A stretch of DNA of 63,359 nucleotides from a virus (taxonomy: Duplodnaviria > Caudoviricetes): IMG/VR virus record IMGVR_UViG_3300030372_003104, positions 1 through 63,359 of that record, one strand, 5' to 3'. Of the stretch, positions 1 to 8,796 are shown one piece after another. Numbering within the stretch: position 1 is the stretch's first letter; every line of letters begins with the position of its first letter. Both the position numbers and the translations under genes were made by a program. The notes below the pieces were generated by a model. The model saw only the letters and a program-made list of their open reading frames with translations, made no database searches and was not told the origin of the DNA.

Positions 1-134
1 TAAATAACCTTACAGATAACCGTAAAGATTTATCCATTGATGGTGATGGTAAAGTTGGTATAGGAACTTCAACCCCAAGTAGCACATTACATGTTTATGA
101 TTCAGCAGGGCCGACTATAAAGTTTGAAAGAAGC
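1..134 (+). repeat. Terminal overlap of the contig (circularity), discordant by 237 bp
   Basis: Bases 1-77 = 62989-63065 and bases 70-134 = 63295-63359. Confidence 0.95.
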
Positions 135-3100
135 AGTAACTCCAATTTAGAGTTCCAGTTTGGAACTACCAATACCTCAATTTTAGGTGCAGGGGAAATT
201 CAGTTTAGGGCAAATGGTGCTACTTCTAATTCCTTTATTATTAACCACACTCAAATCCAATCAAACGCCAAGCTTCTCGTTAATACCAATTCAGGTATTG
301 ATGTTCACACAAGTGATACTGGAACCATTATCCAAAGTGGTAACTCATCTGCAACAAGTACACCCGATCAGTTTTTCATTAACCATAGCGCAGCTAATGT
401 TGATATGGGAAACAACAGGGGCAATATAAAGATCACCAAAGGGATTTTGAATCCTATGTTTAGTGATCAAGGTGGTGGATTGTCAACAGAAGCAATGAGG
501 TGGTCATATTATCCAGCTTCGTCTAGTTATTATTTATCATTAGCAACAGAAGTTCCAGCAAGTGGTGTGGTCAGCTACCACTGGAACATGAAGAATAATG
601 GTACTGCTTACGACGATGTAATGGTATTTGATAGGGGGAATGTAGGGATAGGTACGTCATCACCACAAAGGGCTTTAGAAATTTCAGCAGCAGGAACAAG
701 TGGGGGTGGTATTATGCGCCTTACATCAACAGGTGAAACAAGTGCTGGCGATGCTGTAGGTAAAATAGAGTTTTTCAATAGCGACACCACTGACTATACA
801 CAAGGTGTTATGGCATCTATTAAGGCTGTTGCAGGGCCATCAGGTGGTGAAGGTCATTTACAGTTCTTAACTGATATGCCCTCAGAAGGTGCAGAGGCTA
901 ATCAAGTTGCTTTGCATTTACACTCAAATGCTAATGTAGGAATAGCGAACACAAATCCATCCGCTTTACACACTGATGCTAGAAATCTTGTCGTAGGAAG
1001 TGGCTCAGGAAATCAAGGTATAACGATTTATGGCGGGAGTAGTAACAGTTCCAATTTGTACTTTGCTGACGGAACAACAGGAGATCAAGCCTACAGAGGA
1101 TATGTGGTTTATAACCATAGTTCAGAAAAACTATTTATAGGCGCAGGTGGTGGTACACACTTAACACTTACTAATGGAGCATTAGTAGGAATAGGTACTA
1201 CTAACCCAACAAGTAAACTTGAAGTATCATCGAACGGAGCGCATGGAATTAACATTTCTCAAGATACAACTGCTAGTACCTTATCGGGAAGATTGTTCTT
1301 GAGCAACGGCACAACCAACCAAGCGTGTACGTTATTTAACAGTGGTGGAACACTAAGGTTTGCGACAGGCGGTCATATAGGCAACAGCTCTGGTGACACT
1401 AGGATGACATTGCTTGCGGATGGTAGATTAGGGGTAGGTACTACTAGCCCTTCAGTTAAACTTGATGTTTATAATGGTTCTGGATGGGGCGGTATAGATA
1501 TAGATGGAACTTCTGGAGGTGAATTAAGATTCCAGAAAGGAGGCGCAACATATCTTGATATATATGCCTCTGACGCAGGTAGCACAGGCTCAATTATTAG
1601 AGCGCAATCAAGTTTACAATTAGGTTCTAATAACAGCACAAACGCTGATCGATCTATCTATCTAAACTCAAGTGGTAATGTAGGAATAGGAACTACAAGT
1701 CCAGATAGAAAAGTTGTAATTGATGCAGGTTCTGGATATCCTCTAAAAGTAAACTCTACGCAAGACTACATGATTGGTCTTTCTAGAAGTGGTACGGAGC
1801 AATGGTGGTTGAAGGCGTATAGTAACGGAGATTTTGCGATACATGAAAATGGTGTTGCTGATCAACTACATATCGAGGCAGGGGGTGCTGTAGGATTAGG
1901 CACTACTTCAGTAAATACTGGAGTAGGTATCCAAGTAGCAAATGGTGCTATTTATGCTACAAATGGAGATGCTTATTTAGATACTATAAATGCAGGTTAT
2001 TTTGCTTCTACTAGAAGTGCTGAAATAACATCAGGATCTGCTGGGACCGTTCGATTAAAAACATCAAGCAATGTTCAGTTAGAGGCTAGTAGTCAGGGAT
2101 TTGTTCAGTTATCTCATACTGGATCTACAAGTGGAGGAAAGTTCTTAACTAGAAGGTACAGTGGAGATGATTATCTTAGTGTCTTCAGTACAGAATATTC
2201 TAGTGGGTCATTAGTACTTGGATATGGAGTTGCTGGAAAATCTGGAGCAGCAGGTTTTGTATCTACATACGATAACTTCTCAGGACATAAGACACTCCTG
2301 AAGATTAATCATAATGGAATCAATGTCCTTACTACAGGAAGTGCTACTACAGACACAGTAGGTGCTGACCTTTCTATGGCTGAAAGGTTTAGAGTGCAGG
2401 TTGATAAGTCCTACTTTAACAACGGGCCAGTTGGTATTGGAACTATAAGTCCATCAACACCATTACACATAGATCATACTGGTGACAAAGCGATTACTAT
2501 CGAATCAGATGGAGATACAGATTCAAATTTCATCTTCATGAAAACTTCGGCTAGTACAGCTCAAGTTTATATTGGACATGAAACTGGTACTGCTGGAGCA
2601 AACTTCTCTGGAACTTTAGCAGGGTTTGCAGTTTTCGGAAATGTCAGCTCTGGTATGGGAACACAGTTCTTAACTGGTGGTGGGAACACCCATGTTAAGA
2701 TGACCATCAGACACAGTGGTCAAGTTGGTATAGGTGTGACTAACCCTAATGATTATTATTTCAGCAACCTTGTCGTAGGAGATACGACAAGTGGGGATCA
2801 TGGAATTACTATAAGATCCAGTAATGCAGCAAAAGGTGTACTAGCATTTGCAGATACTGATTCAGGAACTGGTAGGTATTCAGGTTATATCGCTTATAAC
2901 CACTCTACCAACGACATGGAGTTTTACACTCTTGCTGGCAACTTTGCCATGATGATTGATGATGCCCAGCAGGTAGGCATTGGTACTACAAGTCCAAACT
3001 ATTTGCTCGATGTTGAGAAGTCAGGGGCAGCAGTTCGCATCTACAACACAGATAATAATGGTAATACTGATCTGCGGATGATGACAGCAGGTACAACAAG

Positions 3101-3470
3101 TAATTGTAGAATCTTTTTTGGTGACACCGCTGACTCAAATGTCGGATCTATAATATATAGGCATAATGGAAACAGTTTAGCTTTTGAAACTAATGACGCA
3201 GAAGCTGTCAGAATAGATAGCTCTGGACAAGTCGGAATAGGTACTACATCTCCACAACAAGAGCTAGATGTCGATGGGGTTATTAAACAAAAGGTATATA
3301 CACTTAGCACTTTGCCTACTGCGGGCAGTTCAACAATAGGAGCTAGAGCGTTTATAAGTGACTCTGCTGTACAGTATAATAGTTCCAATATAGGACAACA
3401 GGCAGCTTATGGAGGGGGTTCTTATTTTGTCCCTGTTTATTCAGACGGAAGTTACTGGTATATAGGCTAA
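1..3470 (+). CDS. C-terminal half of a giant tail fibre/adhesin with GIGT repeats (continues from 60087..63359 across the circular junction; about 2202 aa with the variable module, 2123 aa without)
   Basis: The frame is open from base 3 into the 405..3470 ORF and is the same frame as the ORF starting at 60087 once the ends are overlapped. There are 10 xVGIGTTxP-type repeats in 405..3470. The C-terminus TLPTA..GARAF..GGG..VPVYSDG..W is a recurrent phage fibre end domain. Confidence 0.85.
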   Translation, partial: NNLTDNRKDLSIDGDGKVGIGTSTPSSTLHVYDSAGPTIKFERSSNSNLEFQFGTTNTSILGAGEIQFRANGATSNSFIINHTQIQSNAKLLVNTNSGIDVHTSDTGTIIQSGNSSATSTPDQFFINHSAANVDMGNNRGNIKITKGILNPMFSDQGGGLSTEAMRWSYYPASSSYYLSLATEVPASGVVSYHWNMKNNGTAYDDVMVFDRGNVGIGTSSPQRALEISAAGTSGGGIMRLTSTGETSAGDAVGKIEFFNSDTTDYTQGVMASIKAVAGPSGGEGHLQFLTDMPSEGAEANQVALHLHSNANVGIANTNPSALHTDARNLVVGSGSGNQGITIYGGSSNSSNLYFADGTTGDQAYRGYVVYNHSSEKLFIGAGGGTHLTLTNGALVGIGTTNPTSKLEVSSNGAHGINISQDTTASTLSGRLFLSNGTTNQACTLFNSGGTLRFATGGHIGNSSGDTRMTLLADGRLGVGTTSPSVKLDVYNGSGWGGIDIDGTSGGELRFQKGGATYLDIYASDAGSTGSIIRAQSSLQLGSNNSTNADRSIYLNSSGNVGIGTTSPDRKVVIDAGSGYPLKVNSTQDYMIGLSRSGTEQWWLKAYSNGDFAIHENGVADQLHIEAGGAVGLGTTSVNTGVGIQVANGAIYATNGDAYLDTINAGYFASTRSAEITSGSAGTVRLKTSSNVQLEASSQGFVQLSHTGSTSGGKFLTRRYSGDDYLSVFSTEYSSGSLVLGYGVAGKSGAAGFVSTYDNFSGHKTLLKINHNGINVLTTGSATTDTVGADLSMAERFRVQVDKSYFNNGPVGIGTISPSTPLHIDHTGDKAITIESDGDTDSNFIFMKTSASTAQVYIGHETGTAGANFSGTLAGFAVFGNVSSGMGTQFLTGGGNTHVKMTIRHSGQVGIGVTNPNDYYFSNLVVGDTTSGDHGITIRSSNAAKGVLAFADTDSGTGRYSGYIAYNHSTNDMEFYTLAGNFAMMIDDAQQVGIGTTSPNYLLDVEKSGAAVRIYNTDNNGNTDLRMMTAGTTSNCRIFFGDTADSNVGSIIYRHNGNSLAFETNDAEAVRIDSSGQVGIGTTSPQQELDVDGVIKQKVYTLSTLPTAGSSTIGARAFISDSAVQYNSSNIGQQAAYGGGSYFVPVYSDGSYWYIG

Positions 3471-3515
3471 TAAAACACTTGAATCTACGTATTTACTGCA
3501 TATCCTAACTATATT

Positions 3516-3719
3516 ATGGAAGAAGTTACACTTAAACTAAATAAGGATCTAATCCAAGTAAACATCCAAGCTATCGATATTGCTGTTAAAGCTGTCGGTT
3601 TGAACGGAGCTGAAGCTTTAGTCGTTTTAGCTAAGACAATATCTGAGCAAACAGGCGAGACTGTCGCTCCTCCAGAGCAACCAGTAGCTGAAGAGGTTCC
3701 AGCAGAAGTAGTAGAGTAA
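3516..3719 (+). CDS. Small acidic protein, possible tail fibre assembly chaperone
   Basis: 67-aa ORF directly after the fibre gene, TAATG-coupled to the next gene. Function inferred from position only. Confidence 0.6.
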   Translation: MEEVTLKLNKDLIQVNIQAIDIAVKAVGLNGAEALVVLAKTISEQTGETVAPPEQPVAEEVPAEVVE

Positions 3720-4330
3720 TGCGTTTTTATATAGAAATAGAAGATGATAATCATCTTGCTGGCATCACAAAAGCCAGAGAAGCGTACAACGCCTCCTTAC
3801 CTTGGATAGATAATCCTGATTATGTAGAGCCTTATCTCTTGAAGGAGATGGTTAATCCTGATTATGAAGAACCTATAGGTGATCCACTTATAGAAAATCC
3901 TGATTACGAACCAGCAACTGAAGAGTTTGGGGAGCCTTTAATTCCCAACCCTGATTTCGTAAAGGGGTCAGAAGCCGTTGGGGAACCGCAGATTCTAAAT
4001 CCTGATTACGATGAAGAGGACGAAGAGTCTGAGGAGTTCATAGATAATCCTGATTATGTTCCAGCAGTCGAGGAACAAGGGCCAGCAGTTATTGACAACC
4101 CTGATTATATAGAAGCTAAAGAAGCTGTAGGGGAGCCAATGATTGAAAACCCTGACTATGTTCCTGCTGTTGGAGAGCCTACAATACCCAATCCAGACTA
4201 CACAGAAGGCACTCCAGATCTTCCACAAACCATTCCACAGGAAGGCTTTACAGAAGATAAAGACTACATGAAGTGGGTTATTGAGAAAGCTGCTGAGAGC
4301 TACGCCAAGGAGTTTGGTATTATTGATTAA
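3719..4330 (+). CDS. Acidic protein with nine NPD[Y/F] repeats
   Basis: Repeats of the form GEPxIxNPDYxPA are visible in the translation. Confidence 0.75.
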   Translation: MRFYIEIEDDNHLAGITKAREAYNASLPWIDNPDYVEPYLLKEMVNPDYEEPIGDPLIENPDYEPATEEFGEPLIPNPDFVKGSEAVGEPQILNPDYDEEDEESEEFIDNPDYVPAVEEQGPAVIDNPDYIEAKEAVGEPMIENPDYVPAVGEPTIPNPDYTEGTPDLPQTIPQEGFTEDKDYMKWVIEKAAESYAKEFGIID

Positions 4331-4351
4331 TTGTGGTATATTGCTCACTTT

Positions 4352-4525
4352 ATGAGCAATAGCGAAATAGTAGCTAAAGGGGTTACAGGAGTGACTGGCT
4401 CTTTAATAGCAGTCACGATTCCGTATGCGGAAGTTATCCAATGGGGTATTCAAGTCGTTGGAGGACTCTTAGGTATCACTGTAGCTATAATTACTTTATA
4501 CAATTTAATTAAGAAAAAGAAATGA
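4352..4525 (+). CDS. Holin-like membrane protein
   Basis: Two hydrophobic segments, C-terminal KKKK, upstream of the endolysin. ATG at 4352 preferred to the TTG at 4331. Confidence 0.65.
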   Translation: MSNSEIVAKGVTGVTGSLIAVTIPYAEVIQWGIQVVGGLLGITVAIITLYNLIKKKK

Positions 4526-4686
4526 ACAAACAAGCAATATTAGGAATCATACGTCATATCCTTACTTTCGGTGGGGGTTTTATGACTCAGAATGGGTTAG
4601 CTTCTGGTGAGGAAGTAACTACTGGTGTGTCTGCTGCGGTTACTTTAGTAGGCGTTATTTGGTCTATACTATCTAAAAAGAAGTGA
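4522..4686 (+). CDS. Second holin-like protein (54 aa; not in the ORF track)
   Basis: MNKQAILGIIRHILTFGGGF...AAVTLVGVIWSILSKKK. ATGA overlap with the upstream gene and GTGA overlap with the downstream gene. The RH.LT.GG...WS pattern is typical of a small phage holin family. Confidence 0.75.
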   Translation: MNKQAILGIIRHILTFGGGFMTQNGLASGEEVTTGVSAAVTLVGVIWSILSKKK

Positions 4687-4877
4687 GGCACTTTTTCCGC
4701 ATAATTGTATTAGCGTTAGAAGCTTATGTGAACTACACTAAAGGCAAACAACGCAGATACCTTTATGACTTGGAAGATAAAATTGATAAGCTTGCTGCTG
4801 ATGGTAGCCCTGCTGCCAAGCTGCAACTTGAGCGACTTAGCGGGCGACTCCAGATTGAACGAAAGCGCAATATATGA
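4683..4877 (+). CDS. Putative i-spanin (Rz-like)
   Basis: N-terminal hydrophobic anchor followed by a coiled-coil-like helix. Overlaps a lipoprotein ORF in another frame. Confidence 0.5.
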   Translation: MRHFFRIIVLALEAYVNYTKGKQRRYLYDLEDKIDKLAADGSPAAKLQLERLSGRLQIERKRNI

Positions 4878-5034
4878 TCCCCCCACAATTAGCCTTATAA
4901 AAGGCTACGATTATCCCTTTGTAGAGGGTAATCTCATGGGTCGTGGTCAGAAGTTCCATAGTGATTTTTCGTACAGACGTGCTATAATTATAGGTAATGA
5001 TAGCAATCTGCGTGGGACACAGCCGACCAAATGA
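4765..5034 (+). CDS. Putative o-spanin lipoprotein (Rz1-like)
   Basis: Signal peptide MTWKIKLISLLLMVALLPS-C with a lipobox-like Cys. Starts inside the upstream ORF. Confidence 0.55.
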   Translation: MTWKIKLISLLLMVALLPSCNLSDLAGDSRLNESAIYDPPTISLIKGYDYPFVEGNLMGRGQKFHSDFSYRRAIIIGNDSNLRGTQPTK

Positions 5035-5551
5035 TTCAGGAGCAGCCTCTATAACTGGAGTCACTGAATGGGATTACAATTCTAAGTTAGCTGATATTAT
5101 TTCAGCTAATATGAATATACCCCATAAGATTTATTCGACATATAAAGGAAGTAATTACTGGAGTGCTATGAAGTGGTTAGCTAAAACACTTCGATCTGAT
5201 GGTGTTGATGCAGCTATAGAACTTCATTTTAACGCAGCGACTCCTTCAGCTACAGGACATGAGTGGTTGTACTGGAAAACATCAGAGAAAGGCAGATTGT
5301 TTGCCAGAGCTTTAAGAGATTCTTTTGAGGATTGTTTCCCGCAGCTACGTAGTAGAGGCATTAAAGAGAAAGGGAAAGGTAGTAGAGGGGCTGGTTTTCT
5401 AAGACTGACTCATTGCCCAGCCGTAATCGCAGAACCGTTTTTTGGCAGTAATGAGGAGGATTTTGATCTAGCTCTAAAGAGTATGGAAGGCATGGCAACT
5501 TCAATCGCTTCTGGTATAGAGCTTTACAAGGAGCTTTCAGAAAGGTGGTAA
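4997..5551 (+). CDS. Endolysin, N-acetylmuramoyl-L-alanine amidase (Amidase_3 type)
   Basis: GH..GA..E, ELHFNA, GHE and IAEPFF zinc-amidase motifs. Confidence 0.9.
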   Translation: MIAICVGHSRPNDSGAASITGVTEWDYNSKLADIISANMNIPHKIYSTYKGSNYWSAMKWLAKTLRSDGVDAAIELHFNAATPSATGHEWLYWKTSEKGRLFARALRDSFEDCFPQLRSRGIKEKGKGSRGAGFLRLTHCPAVIAEPFFGSNEEDFDLALKSMEGMATSIASGIELYKELSERW

Positions 5552-5552
5552 T

Positions 5553-5855
5553 GTGCAACTCCCTAAATCTATATCGATTGCAGGTCAAAGAGTTAAACTT
5601 GAGTTAGTTCCTTTTAATGGGGACAGCCCTGACTTCGGATTATACCTACACGATAAGAAGACTATTGAGATAAACAAAACCCTCAAAGGAAAAAATTTAA
5701 TTAACACCATCAGGCATGAAATGATGGAAGCTAGTTTATTAATAAGTGGTGTAGGCTGGCTTGAGAATTACGATCAAGAAGCTGTTGTTCGATGTATGGA
5801 AGAAATATTTTTTCCTGCATGGGAAACATTCCTTAAAAAAATAGATCATGAGTAA
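5553..5855 (+). CDS. Small zincin-like protein (HEMME, a degenerate HEXXH)
   Basis: G.Y...K.IEI..L......TIRHEMMEA...EAVV pattern typical of phage minimal metallopeptidase-like proteins. Confidence 0.55.
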   Translation: MQLPKSISIAGQRVKLELVPFNGDSPDFGLYLHDKKTIEINKTLKGKNLINTIRHEMMEASLLISGVGWLENYDQEAVVRCMEEIFFPAWETFLKKIDHE

Positions 5856-6366
5856 ATTCAGCGAAAGTGGGTCTTTTATTTTATATAAACCCACAAGCGA
5901 TGATATTTCTTTAGCTCACACAAGAGCTACAGCAATGGGTGTTTTACCTAATTCATTTACTAAAGGAATGGGTAGAATGACGGGATGTCTTGGTGAGATA
6001 GCTATTAATAAATTTATTAGTAAAAGTAAGTACGTAGGAGATAATCTATTTACGCACGATCTTGAACACAAAAAGAAAAGGATAGAAATAAAATCTAAAA
6101 CTTGTAGTTCTATACCTAAACCTGAATATATCGTTTCAGTCAATACTCCTAAGAGTAAGATCCCTGACAACGACATTCATTTTTTCACCCGTGTTAGAAA
6201 AGATTTAATGTTTGTATGGATACTTGGATGGTTACCTACAACTAAATATTTTAGTGTCGCTACCTTTATGAATAGAGGAGATAAAGATGAGCATGGGTTT
6301 ATGTACAAAGCTTCGGGATATCACACTGCGATATCTGAACTTAATCCTCCTAAAGAATATTCTTAG
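5848..6366 (+). CDS. Putative PD-(D/E)XK-fold nuclease
   Basis: GCLGE...HDL...IEIKSK motif. Confidence 0.55.
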   Translation: MSKFSESGSFILYKPTSDDISLAHTRATAMGVLPNSFTKGMGRMTGCLGEIAINKFISKSKYVGDNLFTHDLEHKKKRIEIKSKTCSSIPKPEYIVSVNTPKSKIPDNDIHFFTRVRKDLMFVWILGWLPTTKYFSVATFMNRGDKDEHGFMYKASGYHTAISELNPPKEYS

Positions 6367-6367
6367 G

Positions 6368-6652
6368 TTAAGAGTAAGGGCTTTCGTCTTTCTCGTTTAG
6401 GGGTGTGTATATAAACAAAGGAAACCCTTCACCACCAGCTCCTGCTACGTTATACCAGAAATATTCTGACGCTTGTTCTTTAGACATATCCTCAGATAGT
6501 ATTTTTATACATTTATCTATAGAGTATACAGCTCTAGGATTTTCGTCTTCTGAGTCAATACCTACGAATGCTTCATCCAAGTCATCAGCTAGGAAAACAC
6601 TGTGGTCAGGACACTGGAGTTCAATAAATTTTTCGATTTCTTGTCTATTCAT
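6368..6652 (-). CDS. Conserved hypothetical phage protein (paralogue of 15498..15764)
   Basis: DLDEAFVG..RAVYS..EYFWYN pattern. Overlaps the primase stop. Confidence 0.7.
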   Translation of the reverse strand: MNRQEIEKFIELQCPDHSVFLADDLDEAFVGIDSEDENPRAVYSIDKCIKILSEDMSKEQASEYFWYNVAGAGGEGFPLFIYTPLNEKDESPYS

Positions 6653-8795
6653 TATCTATTAGTTTATCTATATCGTACTTATCCGATAAGTCAATCTTCC
6701 AAAGCTTTCCTCCCCCTTTACCTAAAGACTTAACAGGTCTTATAAACTCATTAGTCTTACAAGCTTCTTCAATTATGAGTAAACCTCTTCTCACAAATTC
6801 TGGACTGTTACTATTACCGAACTTCCTACCTGAGTTAAATTCTTCTACTAAAGCTATAAATTCTCCTAAAGTACCTCTCCAAGTTTCAGTGCCTGATGGG
6901 AGATACTCTCTCCCTCTCTTAGCAAAGAACTCGACTATTTCAACAACACTACTTCTACTTGAGTTATCATAAGCAGCAGATGCAATCTTCTTATCAATAA
7001 AAGACTTAACTCCATAACGTGACCTACCTATTATTTCTTTTGGAGGGTTCCAATCTAGTAAGTATTTTGCATAAAAAGGTAACTCCTCTAAGATATTTGA
7101 CTCTAGTTCATCGTTTGGAGGGAATTTAGATAGAGCATCTTCACTGATTCTCACAGCCATAATTTTATCTCTATTACTTGAATCAAGAGCAGGAATAACA
7201 CTAAGTGAGTTCGCATCCATATTAAGAGTAAGAACAATACGACCGCTCCAAGGTATACTTATATCATCACAATATTTAGCCATATAAGATATGTCTGGGT
7301 TTGCAACTATCATCTTAAAATTCTCAGTAGCTTTTCTTTGTTCTTGATAGCTTGCAGCACTCTTCGTGTCATCAACGCACCAACAAGGAACTCTAGCTAG
7401 TTCTTTGTTGAAAGCAGTATGCCCCGACACATATTCAGAAGCGTCAGAGTACCCACCGACAAGTGCTCCTATAACCCTTCTTGCTAATAAAGTTTTACCC
7501 CTGCCTGTCGGCCCTACGATTATAAATCCTTGCCCTTGCATTGGAGTTCTATATAATACGGATTCATAGAATCTTTTCATCCATGCGTTAAAGTAACAGA
7601 TGGTCGGGATATCCTCATCTACAAAGAAGTTACTCAACCATTTATCGATGAACTTCCAGTTCTTTTTATCTCCGTTATCGGCAGGTTCGATAGGGTGTAT
7701 GTTTTGAGAGTTTAGAATTCTATTAGAGTTTGTCTGAACTACACGGTCTTTAGACCATATGATAGGTGCTATCTCGTCTATTCTATTCTCATTACATATA
7801 GATATGACGGCTGCTTCTACTTCTGATATTGGTTTCTTTTTTCTATCTACTGTAAAACCTAAGTTTCTTAGCTCTAAAACTAGCAACTCTTTCGGTATCG
7901 TTACAGCAGTGCCATGCAGTAGTTTAAAAAACTTAGTGCCATTGAACCAGTAGTTGTCTAGTATATCCCCTAACTTAGCTGTCTCGAAGTCCTTCACAAA
8001 CTTAGAGCCAAGTATTTCTTTCCAAGGAACAAAGTCTTTACCTGCTCTATCAGAGAAACAAAGCATACCATCCTTAGTAATCATACATCCTTCTCTTTCA
8101 ATACCGTCATCTATCCAGAACAATGGCCCTCTCTCACCCTCTACGAATTCACCTAACCATCTGTTGGGAAACTTCTCCATAACTTCCTTACCGACAACTT
8201 CCATAGGTATCGAAGTCTCGGAAGTTTGAGGCGGTTTAGACATAGCCGCTTTGATTATCGCTTTCTGTATTAATGCACTATCTAAAGGATCACCAATACG
8301 TACCCAATCTTCACCTAACTCAAAGTACTGATTAGCTTTAAGAGATGACCTATCGAAACCAGCAAAGATACGTTCTAGGCTTAATTCATTACACATAATA
8401 TTCATATAAGGAGCATACCTTTCTTTAGAGGTGGGGGTCTTTCCATGTTCCCAGACCAGTCTTATATACCCAGATTGTGTCTTACTCATCCAAGTGGGGA
8501 GATGATCTTTGCACTGAGTCTTAATTATCTTCATTGCTAGATCCCAATCAACAGGTGCATCATAGTCAGCTACTATTCCAAAAACAAAGTTAGGTGGGTT
8601 ATCTCCCTGCACTCGAAGGTTTGGATTATCGCCTTCGACCATACTATAGAATACATGATCAGTATCCTTATCAGCACACCATTCTCTATACTTCGCTTTG
8701 TTAGTAAACTTTGGTTTCTTCTTCTGTACTTGTAGCGGGTCTGTGAACTTATAAGCCTTTTGTTCTTTTAGATTTTTAAGGTATCGGTATTGCAT
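6645..8795 (-). CDS. Primase/helicase (N-terminal primase-like domain, C-terminal SF3-like P-loop NTPase)
   Basis: ADYD and S.SG..R motifs at the N-terminus. Walker A GPTGRGKT and Walker B-like CVDD. Adjacent to the DNA polymerase. Confidence 0.75.
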   Translation of the reverse strand: MQYRYLKNLKEQKAYKFTDPLQVQKKKPKFTNKAKYREWCADKDTDHVFYSMVEGDNPNLRVQGDNPPNFVFGIVADYDAPVDWDLAMKIIKTQCKDHLPTWMSKTQSGYIRLVWEHGKTPTSKERYAPYMNIMCNELSLERIFAGFDRSSLKANQYFELGEDWVRIGDPLDSALIQKAIIKAAMSKPPQTSETSIPMEVVGKEVMEKFPNRWLGEFVEGERGPLFWIDDGIEREGCMITKDGMLCFSDRAGKDFVPWKEILGSKFVKDFETAKLGDILDNYWFNGTKFFKLLHGTAVTIPKELLVLELRNLGFTVDRKKKPISEVEAAVISICNENRIDEIAPIIWSKDRVVQTNSNRILNSQNIHPIEPADNGDKKNWKFIDKWLSNFFVDEDIPTICYFNAWMKRFYESVLYRTPMQGQGFIIVGPTGRGKTLLARRVIGALVGGYSDASEYVSGHTAFNKELARVPCWCVDDTKSAASYQEQRKATENFKMIVANPDISYMAKYCDDISIPWSGRIVLTLNMDANSLSVIPALDSSNRDKIMAVRISEDALSKFPPNDELESNILEELPFYAKYLLDWNPPKEIIGRSRYGVKSFIDKKIASAAYDNSSRSSVVEIVEFFAKRGREYLPSGTETWRGTLGEFIALVEEFNSGRKFGNSNSPEFVRRGLLIIEEACKTNEFIRPVKSLGKGGGKLWKIDLSDKYDIDKLIDNE

Positions 8796-8796
8796 T

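Noticed and set aside
1-134. True direct terminal repeat of the virion DNA
   Set aside because: The overlap falls mid-gene and is discordant, consistent with an assembly break at a variant bubble rather than a physical end.
3280-3470. Peptidase S74 intramolecular chaperone at the fibre C-termini
   Set aside because: Neither long fibre ends with the SD.RLK motif.
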